Below are positions 38,701 to 50,167 of a stretch of 64,000 nt of DNA, in pieces (position 1 is the first letter of the stretch; each line of letters begins with the position of its first letter). The notes under the pieces were generated by a model, which saw nothing but the letters and a program-made list of their open reading frames with translations, was not told the DNA's origin and made no database searches. Made by a program: the position numbers and the translations under genes. Source of the DNA: Cenococcum geophilum. Lineage: Eukaryota. Location of the stretch: NCBI GenBank assembly GCA_050273025.1, contig CP158635.1, forward strand, positions 32,674,001-32,738,000, read 5' to 3'.

Positions 38701-39202
38701 CCTCTAAGAACTTGATTTAGCTGTGCTTTATGCAAGATACCGCTCTATAAAGAAGGCCCTTACTAGAAGGAACACCTTAGCTTGGTCTAATTACGATAGA
38801 AATTATAATATAGCAAATTTAAGCTTTATTATAATGATTCGTAGTTTTACTAATGCCCGCGAAGCCCTACTACACGCGTCCACGTCGCCGCGGGTGGAAA
38901 CATCATCAGGAAAACCTTCCTTACGATGGCCAAGTGCAGAGGCGATGGTAGAGAGCCGTCGCAGCGCGTGCAGCGCGCTGTCGTCGTGGTTCTGTGGTGT
39001 TGAGCTCGCGACGCGTACGAAGCATCGTACAAAGCATCGCCCCCAACACCACCAGGAGCCTCACTGCCTCCGCTTGAGGCTCCCGCTCTACTGCAGTCAA
39101 CCGCAAAAGATCGTTTACATCGCTTAAATTCGCGAACAACCGGCATCGCACCCCACCAAAATTTGTATAAGGTGTGATGTAACGCATTTAATCCACTACT
39201 TA

Positions 39203-40225
39203 TTGCCTAAAATGGGCAGAAGGCTCGCACCTGAGGTTGTATATCGAATTAGGGTTAGAATTAAAGCTGGTGAGGGGGTGCTGGCTATTGCGAAGGCCAT
39301 TGACGTGTCCCGTCCTACCGTTTACAAGATACAATTAAACCTTAACCTCTATAACGAGCTGTACGCGCTAGCTAGTCTTATATAAGGTTGACTAAGGCTG
39401 CTTCTAGCCTATTAAGAGCTTGTGAGTCTAATATTGCTTGGTGTTAAGTTTTTACTAACGCGTCTCCGGTGATAGAGGCTGCTTAATTTTCTTAAAGACC
39501 AACCTACTGCCTACCTTGATGAGATGCAGGACTTCCTATTTGATGAGTTTGGCCTTTAAGTCTCCGTAGCCACCATTGGCCGTACCTTATTAAGAGCTCG
39601 CTAGTCAAGGAAGGCTGTTAAGGCTCGCGCGGCAGAGAGAAGTCGGGAGCTTCGTATATTATGGATTGGTAAACAGGCAATGTAGATGGTAGATTAGCTG
39701 GTCTTCCTTAATAAGTTGGCTTCTAATAAGAGAACGGGCGATAGAAAGTTTAGCTAGGCGCCAATTAGAAGAGAATATAAGGTCTCTCGCCCGTTTAAAA
39801 GGTTAGAGAGGTGGAGTATCCTACTAGCGCTGTCAGTTAATGGATACCTAAGCTACCTTATCTACTAAGGCTTAATTACGGCAGAGATATTTAAGCTATT
39901 TCTAGAGCAGCAGGTGCTCCCTTATTGTACACCATACCCTAGGCCGCGATCTATTCTTATTCTAGATAACGCATTAATCCATAAGTTAGCACGACTCCGC
40001 GATCTATATAAGGAATACGGCGTACTACTTATATTCTTACTACTATACTTACCAGATTATAACCCAATTAAGGCAACATTTAAGGACCTTAAGGCGTGGA
40101 TTAAAAGGAACTATTAACTAGTAAAGACGTTTGAGAGCTTTAAGGCGTTTCTATATTTTACGGTCAGTTAATTAATAGGAGCTTACGCAGAGGCGCATTA
40201 TAGAAACGCAGGATATATAGTTTAA
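39203..40225 (+). pseudogene. Tc1-like transposase (HTH + DDE_3), one probable intron ~39422-39475
   Basis: HTH IAKAIDVSRPTVYKI; PTAYLDEMQDFL; LVFL(DE); SILILDNA.IH; LPDYNPI(E) with 34 residues between D and E. Confidence 0.88.
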
Positions 40226-40230
40226 ATCTA

Positions 40231-41709
40231 TCTACTGCCTTAATAGCTTAAAGGCAGAAATCTTGCCTCTTATCCTTACCAACATTCCTATCTTAAAATT
40301 ATACTCCTCCCATATCTTATTAGTTATGCCTTTACCCTCCCTTTTTAACGCCTTTAAAGTGTTAATATTCCACATCTTATTCATCAGCCTTATCTTAATT
40401 GGCTTAAGGATCTCCCTCTGCTGCTCATTATTAAACCCTAGCTAGTTAGTAAGCCAATTAAAGAAGAATCTAAGTAGCTTAACTGGGTCTATCTCTAACC
40501 AGACGGGGCTAGAATTATAAGGCTGATTAACCATTAAATATAGATGCAGAGAGTAGTGCGGAGGGTATATAGGAAGCTAAGGTTAAGGCTAAGACTTAAG
40601 CTCCTTAACTAGCCAAGCTTTAATAAAATTGTTAATAGTTTTGTCCTTCTCCTTTAGCTGCTTTGTCTTATTGCTTTTACGGCCTTTCTCCTTTTAGTTT
40701 ATAAGCTAAACAATAATATTCTGCGAAGGCTAATCTATAGTAGACTCTCCCTTTAATAGCTTATAGTTCTAACGCGCTAGATTTTCTAAGCTAATAGGAT
40801 AATAATAGAGGACGTAATCTGGCGAAGTTAACGATCGACTATTACGCCAACACGTCGCAGGATAATTACTATAGTGCTTATTTAAATAAGACTACCTGTT
40901 AGCTATCCTAGGGACGTAATTACTAGCGTCCTCCTTAGTAGCAAGTAGCTCGGGTAAGTTATTAAGTTAAGCTTACGTAGCGGTTCTTCTTCCTCCTAAT
41001 CTGTTACCTACTTACTAACTTAATATAGGTATAGGTGTCGCTAGAATTGCCTCCTTTTCCTTAATTAAACTTAATGTAAAATTAAGCCTTAAGGATTTTA
41101 ATGGCCAGTATAAATGCCATTTTTTTTTATAATCTTAACCGCCTGCCAGAGGTCCTTATAGTTATTAATCTGCTATTAATAGAAGTTATAAGCTCGCGCG
41201 TTCTTATATAAGGCAATCGCCTTAAGCTACTAGACTCTAAATTTCCGCGGTAAAAGATCCCTTAAGAGCTTTCCTTTCCAAGCCTTAATTGCAGTTAGGT
41301 AGAGTATATTCTGGTCTAATATTGCTAATTAAGACCTAGGTAAAACCTCCTTTCTATTAAATGCCTTCTATACGCTTATAAAACGTACTACCGCTAGTAG
41401 CTCCGGCGGCTCTTCTGCATTATCGTCCTCTACCTTGTTCTCTCCCTCATCATTATCTTCTGTATTTGTATCTATCGGGGGCTAGGCGGACGCCGGCGGT
41501 GATGGCGTAAATAGTAATACTTTAGGGCGTAAAGGCGGGGAAACAGGTGTAGGCTGAGGCGCTGCCCTAGGTCTTGCTTTTTTAGCTGCCGGTATAGAGG
41601 GCGTCGATATTGAATTGGGACGCTTCTTTAATGGTTTAGGACGCGTTAGTGCGCGCGTTAGGGGCTTAGCTGGCTTATTGCGTTTATTGGGAGCCATAGA
41701 AAACACCAT
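40231..41709 (-). pseudogene. Second, antisense ORF of the Tc1-like element, unknown function
   Basis: Basic/Pro-rich N-terminus (ORF 41482-41709) continues in frame through RIP stops to a C-terminal EIDPV.LL.FFF.WL...IR.KISAFK. Confidence 0.6.
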
Positions 41710-42041
41710 AGAAGGTCCTATATAATTATCCTAATTAGGCTAGACTTAAGCTTTATTTTGAGCTACTTACGGCTGTTTGCTAATGGTTGCTAGATCTTTA
41801 AATAGCTAGCATTGCACCTTATACAAATTTTAGTGGGGTGCGATGCCAGCTGTTCGCGAATTTAAGCGATGTAAACGATCTTTTGCGGTTGACTGTATCT
41901 AGGGAGGCAATCAATTAAGGGAAACTGGGATACGAAAACCACCCGACGTACAACTACCTAGCTCGTAGCTAGGTATGGTGGGCCATACGCACCAAACCGC
42001 CAACGCCCGAAATCCGAAAATTTCAGAACGTCAAATTCTTA

Positions 42042-42404
42042 GGGAGTGTTCGGTTGCAAAACCTTCAGATTGAATCTGAACTGAAAGTCCGGCAGAAAGA
42101 ACGCGTTCCTTCCTAATTTGTCACGCGTTTGTGGCTTTGTACTCGCACGGACGTGTGCAATCTGAAGCCTTCATATTGAAATGGAATCTGAACCTGGAGC
42201 CTCGAGCTCCAGATTGAAATGACGCCAAGAGCTCCATTTCAGAAGCTGTATACGGTAAAGTTGCCAATATTTTAGCGTGCTATTCTGGCGTTTTGCGAGC
42301 GGTGAGAGGAACATCAAAATTTTGAGGCTGTGCAGACGAAATCACTCCGAATCAACAGTATCTGAACTGAATCTGAGGCCTCCAGATTGCAACCGAACAC
42401 TCCC
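42042..42404. mobile_element. PIF/Harbinger-type MITE (363 bp), little RIP
   Basis: Perfect TIR gggagtgttcggttgcaa, TTA TSD. Confidence 0.92.
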
Positions 42405-42419
42405 TTAGTCTTGATCTTG

Positions 42420-43690
42420 CAAAAGCTCCACCCAAAGCTTCTATACAAAGCTCTACTTAAAGCTTTATACGGAGCTCTAAAGCTCTTTTAATATACAGTA
42501 TTAATATACTAGAAAGTCTCTGAGAACGCTCGCACGAACGCCTGCACGAACGCCCGTACGAACGCCTCCACGAACGCCTGTGCAGTTGTCTCTACGAACA
42601 CCTTAATAAACAGACGCCTGCACAAAGCTCTATAAAAGGGGGGGGGGGTTAAGGGAGGCTCTGCCTACGGAGGCTCTACACGACGCTCTGCATCGAAGAC
42701 TTTGCGTATGGAGGCTCTGCATATGGAGGCTCTGCGTACGAAGGCTCTGCGTACAAAGGCTCTGTATATAGAGGCTCTGCATAACGCTCTGTATTAAAGA
42801 CCCTGTGTACGAAAAGACTCTGCGTACGAAGGCTTTGCGTATGGAGGCTCTACGTACGGAGGCTCTGCACGACGCTCTGCACGATGCTCTGCATCGAAGA
42901 CTCTGCGTACAAAGGCTTTGCGTATGGAGGCTCTACGTATGGAAGCTCTGTACGACGCTCTGCACGATACTCTGCATCGAAGACTGTATCGAAGACTCTG
43001 CGTGCGAAGGCTCTGCGTATGGAGGCTCTACCTACGGAGACTCTGCACGACGCTCTGTACGACACTCTACATATAAAGACTCTGCATACAGAAGCTCCGC
43101 GTACGTAGCTTCGTGCAGAGCCTCTATATGCAGAGCCTCCGTATGCCGAGCCTCCGTACGCAGAGTCTCTATACGCAGAGCCTTTGTATGCAGAGCCTTT
43201 GTGTGCAGAGCCTCTATACGCAGAGCCTTATACGTAGAGTCTCCAAACGCAGAGCCTCCGTACGCAGAGCCTTCGATATAGAGCGTTATGCAAAGCGTTG
43301 TGCAGAGTGTCGTATAGAGCTTCCGTATGTAGAACCTCTATATATAGAGCCTTCGTACTTAGAGTCTTTAATGCAGAGTCTTTGATGTAAAGCGTCGTGC
43401 AGAGCGTCGTGTAGAGCATTGTGCAGAGCCTCCGTATGTAGAGCCTCTATACGTAAAGTCTTTGTCTATAGAATCTTTTTATATATAGAGTCTTTAATAT
43501 AAAGCGTTGTATAGAGCCTATATATAGAGCCTCTATATATAAAGCCTCCGTATATAAAGCCTCTATATATAAAGTCCCTTATATAGAGCTCCGCGTAGAG
43601 CCTTATATAGAGCCTTATACAAAGCGCCTATACGTAAAGCCTTTATATATAGAGCCTCTATATAAAGCTCTACGCGAAACTCTATAAATA
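42420..43690. repeat. Minisatellite array (12/15-bp variants), forward to ~43100 then reverse
   Basis: gaacgcctgcac, ggaggctctgcgtac and cgacgctctgca repeats, then their reverse complements. RIP increases toward the right end. Confidence 0.9.
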
Positions 43691-44158
43691 TAGAGTTATA
43701 TAGTTTAATGCACAATAACTTTTTTATCTATAATTAAATTTTAATAATAATATATTTTAAAAGTATATAGATTAAATGCGTAGTTAAAAGGTTATTAAGA
43801 TATAAAAGTTAGCTATAGTATAGTCGCTTTAGAAAAGGACAATTAAATATTAGAAATTATAATTAATAATAGCAATTTACTAAATCTTTACCTATTTTAA
43901 CTATTTTTCTATACTTATATATAATACTACTTATTCTCTATACTCTATTACTATTAATTTTTTTTTTTTTTTTAGTTAGCGCTATAATATATAAGAGGGG
44001 AGCTAAAGTACTTAAAAAATACTATTAAAAACACTTTTAAAGCTCCTAAAGAAGTAGATATACTACTTGTATAAACATAGTTTACGATTATAGAATAGCT
44101 TAAAGGTTTTTAAATATTTATTAATATTCTAGTTGTCCTATTTAAAGTCTTTAAATAC

Positions 44159-44340
44159 TATTACGGGACTTAGTTAATTAAGGTATAAGCGCCGTAAAGA
44201 ACGTATGCAAGCCTGTATAATTGATAGTTTATTAACTTAGATATTAAGCTAAGGAGCAGAAGGTAGAAAAGGACACGTCTATATATATATGCTAAGGCTT
44301 AAACAAGCCCCCTAACTAGATCCGTTACGGTGCCGTAATA
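44159..44340. mobile_element. Solo LTR (182 bp) related to the Gypsy family 3 LTR
   Basis: TSD AATAC on both sides. Shares gacttagt.aat..ag.tataagc, gcaagcctgta and gtgccgtaa(c/t)a with 29387-29613. Confidence 0.8.
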
Positions 44341-47300
44341 AATACTAAAAGTTTATTATTTAAAATATATATTAAGCTAATTAATATTACAGCCTTTATT
44401 TATTTTAGCTTAATTAATTAACTACTATTATTATATTATGAAGTTTAAAGAATCTTATAATACTTAAAGAAGTAAATAATATAGATTGTATAATTATAGC
44501 ACGTGGTATACTAAACGCGTAGTTACGCGTTTGGTGCACTAACTACTTAAGTGCTAACTAATTAGGGGGAGGCGCGTTAGTATATAGACTACGTAGTCTA
44601 CCTTAATAGAATTAAAAGTCACTACTATTTAAAAGAGCATATAATATTATACGTATTTCGTGCCCCTGGATATAACTTACTTATATTATTAAATTAATAC
44701 AAACACTGATTAGTAAGCACGCATAGATTAGCAATTACTTAATACCTCCCCCGAGCGATATATGATAGCGACTACCCGTTTAATCCTAGTACGACCTGCT
44801 AGAAGGTTGGAAGTTGGGGATTACGGACTATTACTAATTCTGTATACTTATTTAAGTCTTAGTATAGTTTACTAAAAGTATAATAGACGCGAATATAGAC
44901 CTGTATAGAACCCCTACCCTTAAACCTTAAACCCCTATTCCTATTATACCTCCCCTAACCTCTTTTTAGACCCCTTATAAAGACCTCTTACCCTTTTATG
45001 AACTGTTACGGACCTATTAATTACCTTTACGGACCACTATAAGACCTTTCTACCCGTTACAGCTTATATAGACATATTACACTATATAGTATAGTAGACC
45101 TAAGCAAGTAAATTAATGAAAGTTAAAAGAAGTAGAGGTAGGGAGTTAACCTTAAGTCTATAAATAACATTAACAACTATATTAATTTTAAAATCCTTAA
45201 ATACGGATACTTTAAGCTTCTAAATAACGATCTATGGGAATAATATAAGGAAGACTTTACGGACTTTATAGAAGCTATCTTTAAGACTTATAACCTACGA
45301 ACCCTCTTATATAACTAAGGCGTATAGGTTAAAAAGGATAGGTGAGTTACTATTATATGGTCTCTGTATAATATACTATATAAGGAGGACTAAATAGAAT
45401 AGACTAAAGAGTAGATCCTAGATTATATTAAAACTAGCGGATTCTTTACCTCTTTTAAACTTAATAGAATCTCTAGTTTTATAGATAACCTATTTAACTA
45501 AATTCGTCCTATAAACTAAAGAGATTTTAGAATTAATTTTATGGGCTAAAGTATACCTAGTACTTAAGTTATGGACCGTAATACCCTTATAAACTAAAAT
45601 ACGGAACAAAACCCTCCCGTTACTTAAGTTATAAATCCGCAAACTACCTAAGTAAAGATTTATAGTAAGGAGCTAGCTAACCTAGCTAAGCTTTATACTA
45701 ACGAATCTAAGTATAGCGGTGAAAATAATAACTTTAACTTTAAACTAACTATCTTTACGGACCTCTATTAGAAGGCTAATATTCCTAAATAAAAGTTTAG
45801 CTAAGTGTTACGGACGCTTTAAGTACGATGTTACGACTACTTGGAGAGGAAACGGAAGAAGCTAGTTGGTTGATATAAACACGGTCTAGAATGGAGCCGG
45901 TAGACCTATATAACGAGGAATAGTAGCTAAGGTCACATAATGTGATCTGTGTAATCTATATAATCTATAGGATCTATAACAGAACAGATAAAGCACACGT
46001 ATATTACGTATAAGAAGGATTTTATAGGGGTACGGTTATGTATTTAAGGACCCTTAGTCCCTACCTAGATAGTTCCTTCCTTATAGTAATTCTTAGAATA
46101 TAATTAGAGTTAATCTATTAGGCAACCACTCCACCAGTTATTATTACGTTGTTAACTTTACTTTACTTTACCTATATACCTAGCCCAATAACAAGCCCAC
46201 CGTAGTTCTTGCTACAAGGTTCCGTTATATAATTACTACCTAGTTACGGTAATAAATACAGAAAGTTAAACAATATACCACTAAAAGCAGCCACTACAAC
46301 GCTATTAACGGCGGCAACTACTTCAAGGTTAGGTAACGACACTAGTATAGTAGACACTAACTTATAGCAACCTATAACGGTTAGACAATTATAAGAGATA
46401 GTTAACTAGTTAACGGAAAATAATGCAGTATTTAAAACTAAGATTAACGGGATAGGCGCAGTAAAGGTTAAGTTACTATCGATTAAAAGATTCTTAGGAG
46501 AAAGATTAAAGCTTAAAGGATTCCTTACGTAAATGTACTTTAAGGTCGCGTAGGAAGGAGCTAAGCTAGCAACACCTATGGATTAAATAGCGTATACAGG
46601 ATTGTTCTTAATAGGAAGAGCACTTAAATGGTTTGAGCCTTACCTTATAGAAATCTAGGTAAATAGAATAACGACTATAAACTAAGAGGTACGGTTTATG
46701 TTCTTAAGCTGAAATGGATTTATAAAACGACTTATATAAATATTTAGAGACCTAGAGGCAGTAACTATAGCGGAAAGAAAACTCTAAGACATTACTTAAT
46801 AAACCTTAGCAATTAAATATATAACGTAGTTTTAGACGCTAGTAATATAAGTTAAGTGGAATAATAGGGCGCTTATAGCACAGTATAAACAGGGACTTAA
46901 GGCTAAAGTTTAGGACGCGATTATCCTAATAGAAGATGCGGACACCCTAAGGGAACTAATAGATTAAGCGATTAAGATTAATAACTGGATCTACTAAAGG
47001 GAATAGACTAAGAGAGGCTAGGATAGAGTTCTATAGTTATATAAGGCGTAGAGCACGTAATAACTAAAGCTAAGTTAAAAACTATAGTATAGCGCAGAGC
47101 TAATGGACCTAAGTAGTACTAAAGAAGCCTATAAGAGATAGAGTAAACAACTATAGAAACCTAGAGGACAAGGATTAAGTAATTAAAGGTTTATAAAGTA
47201 GAGGCCAAACTAGGGATCTTAGTAGTAGAAGACGTTTAGGCGGACTCTATAATAAAAAAAATAGTTTAAAGAGGGAGCTTACATAAATTGCGGAAAATAG

Positions 47301-50167
47301 GGTTATTATATTAGAGACTATAGAAGTGGTTAGAATTACTATATAGTAAAGGGGATAAGACTAGTAGACGATATATATATATAGAGGGATAATAATATAC
47401 TACAAGGAATAAAAGAATGTTTAATTAAGAGTTTTGCGTTTTATTATAATAACGCATACCAAATTTATAAGGACGCTAAGTACGGCGTAAGCTATTGGCT
47501 ATAGGAGCTAAGTTTATTAAAATATTAAGAAACTAACAAACTAGTTCGTAGATTAGATATTAAGAACAATAAATTTAATATAGGCGAAATATTCCATAAT
47601 AATGAGGTAATAGGAGCGGTTTATTAAAAACATGTAGCTATTAGAGATATTATATTAGAGGTAGAGGATAATTCCACTACAGAATAGGGAACATTAGTAG
47701 GGATTAAGACCCTACTAGACATAATGTCTATCGCTTTATAAGACGCAAGAGAAGTAGGACAGTAAGCTACTTTAGCACTTAATAAAGGCAAAAGGCTATA
47801 AGCTTAAGACTCTTAAGACGAGATACGAGACGACTAAGATTCTCAAGATGAGATAAGGTAAGCTTAAGAACCTATAATAGACGATAACTAATAGAGCAGA
47901 GCAGTAGCTTAGTTTAAAGATATATAAATAAGCTCGGGACAGAGTTTCCCACAGGCATAAGATTCTTAAAACGAAATGAGTGAGATTTAAGACTCTTAAG
48001 ACAAGATGAGAACACTAAGTAAGCCTAGTTAGACTAAGGCTGGAGTAAAGCTTAAGATAGAAGTAAGCTTAGGATTAAAGAATCTAAGGGGTTAAGAATT
48101 TGGGGTATAAATAAGAACACCTATAAGCAAAAGGCAAGGAGCTTCCTTATAAATTAGAGAATCTGCGGTATAAATAGCAATTAGATTAAGAGATAGGCAT
48201 ATAGACCTAGAAGACTTACTAAGGGAATATAGTATTTAACCTAAAGATTAAAGAGTTAATATAAAGATTAAGAAGCAAGATAACTTTAAGGATTTAAGCA
48301 CGAGACATAAACCAAAAGAAACTATAGAAGAATTTAGGCAAAGAATTATCGTATAGCAAGAATATAAACTAGATAAGAGATCTAGTATATTAGGACGTAT
48401 AAGGGACAGAGCGCTAATATAAAAAATCATTAATAGGCTAAGAGTAGGCATATTAAGAGCTAAGTAGCTTACTAAACTGGAAAATAAAGAGGGTCTAGAA
48501 ATTCCTACTAGGTTTAAGGAACGATATATAAAAGGCTATCACAATATAGTAATAAGAAGATACTTCCTTACGGACAAGCCGTATACACTCTAACAGCTAT
48601 ACTAAAAGTGGTATAGGCAGCGACATAATGATAAGTAGGAAGATTTCTATATATAGTTAGATAAGAAAGTTATCTAAGACCACCTAATTACGAAAAAGGC
48701 TATAAGTTATATTAAAGGAGCCTTAATTATAATGTTAAAGGATTTAGAGGAATAATTAGAGGACTAAAGAAGCGAGAGACGTATCTTAGTACCTACGAAT
48801 AAAGTTATAACGTTTAGATTAGCACGATAAAGGTTTAAACTTAAGGACAAAGATAAGTTAAGAGTTAACCTAAAGTACCTAGCATATTATACGCTATTAT
48901 GGATTATATACGTAGACAATATATATAAAATGCATAAGAATTTAAAGGAAAAGAATTGGAAATACCTTATAAGGATATACTAGATAATAGACAAATAATA
49001 GTATAGGAATGCCAAATATATATATAGATAGCATCTAGCAGAAGTCTAAGAGGAAGGAGAGTTAATACTTTAGCCAGGAAGATTTCTTACAGAAGAATGC
49101 TTAGATGGATAATAGTAGTAGAAATGCCTAGAAAACATGTATCTATAGTATATTAAAGACAAAAAGCAAACTAGGTATTGGCTAAAGAACGAGCTAAGTA
49201 TAGTAGGATTAAGCAGCTAATAGTTAGGAAAAGTAGAGGCCTATAGAACTAGAGGAAGCTAGTAGTAGAGCCTTAGACCCTTAAAGAAATTTAAGGACAA
49301 TACCTAAATTTACGAGTTAAATAGTAAGATTAATAGTTTGAAGCGCTAATAGATAGTGGAGTAACGCGAAACTATATCTTACTAGTAGTAGTTAAGAGAA
49401 TAGGACTACCTTATAGATAAAAGGAACAACCTTACTTATTAGTTATAATTTTAGGAGATCTAATAGCCTATAGAGGAGGAATTATTAATCTTAAAACAGG
49501 ACTTATTTAAATAACTATTAAGGGAAGACAAATCGAGATATCTTTTAATATCCTACCGTTAAGGTAGGATAAGGCAGTATTAGGGATGCCTTAGTTATAG
49601 GAATATAATCTAAAGATTAATTAAATTATAGGTTAGGTCGATATTAGAGATACTTAACGCTATAAAATGTAATAATAAGCCAAGTTAGTATAATACTAAG
49701 TTGGAGCGATATATAAAGAGACTAAGCAAGGCTTAAGTTATATACTAAAGAGATACTATAAGTATAGTAAGAAACTATGGTCACTAGAGAGTAAAAAGCT
49801 ATTAAATTATATAGCATAGGACTATAAGATAGAGTTAGAACTAGGAATAAGTCTAAAGTTCTTTCTAATCTATAAGCTTACTAAAGAGGAAGGTAGAGCA
49901 CTAAAAGAGTTTATTTAGAAGAACTTATAAAAGGGATACATTAGACTATTATAGTTATTAGCAGGTTATCCAGTACTATTTATACTAAAGAAAAATAGCA
50001 AACTAAGGCTATATATTAACTATAGATAGTTAAACAGCATTACTAGAAAAGATAGGTATTCTTTACCCTTAATTAGCGAAATCTAAGATAGGATAGGCAA
50101 TATATAAATCTTTATAAAGATAGATCTAAGATAGGCGTACCATCAGATCAGAATTAAGGAAGGCAAT

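Larger units (their letters stand above)
28558..38790 (+). pseudogene. piggyBac-like (DDE_Tnp_1_7-type) transposase, split by pogo insertion 29248-37529
   Basis: ATG at 28558. DPIALFKLIW.DDLL.ELAA.TNEY; T(H)LTV(DE)..; NIPT|KPI(PE)GFKI(W) rejoins across the TA TSD; L(D)NLF; AWKDA; Y(NH)F(M)GG(VD)..(DQ)LRSYY; C-terminal Cys-rich CAAC...CALCKIPL. Confidence 0.85.
39094..41895 (+). mobile_element. Tc1/IS630-like (DD34E) DNA transposon with two convergent ORFs
   Basis: ~81-bp TIRs cagtcaaccgcaaaagatcgtttacatcgcttaaattcgcgaaca. Flanks are TG (left) and TA (right). Confidence 0.9.

Noticed and set aside
28133..38896. caccc..cggcg as piggyBac TIR pair (28133 / ~38882-38896)
   Set aside because: The match is short and gapped, and there is no TTAA or other TSD.
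43690..44560. AT-rich tract with poly(T) at ~43957-43973 and small palindrome aaacgcgt-agtt-acgcgttt at ~44513
   Set aside because: Too decayed to assign, with no TSD or recognisable motif.
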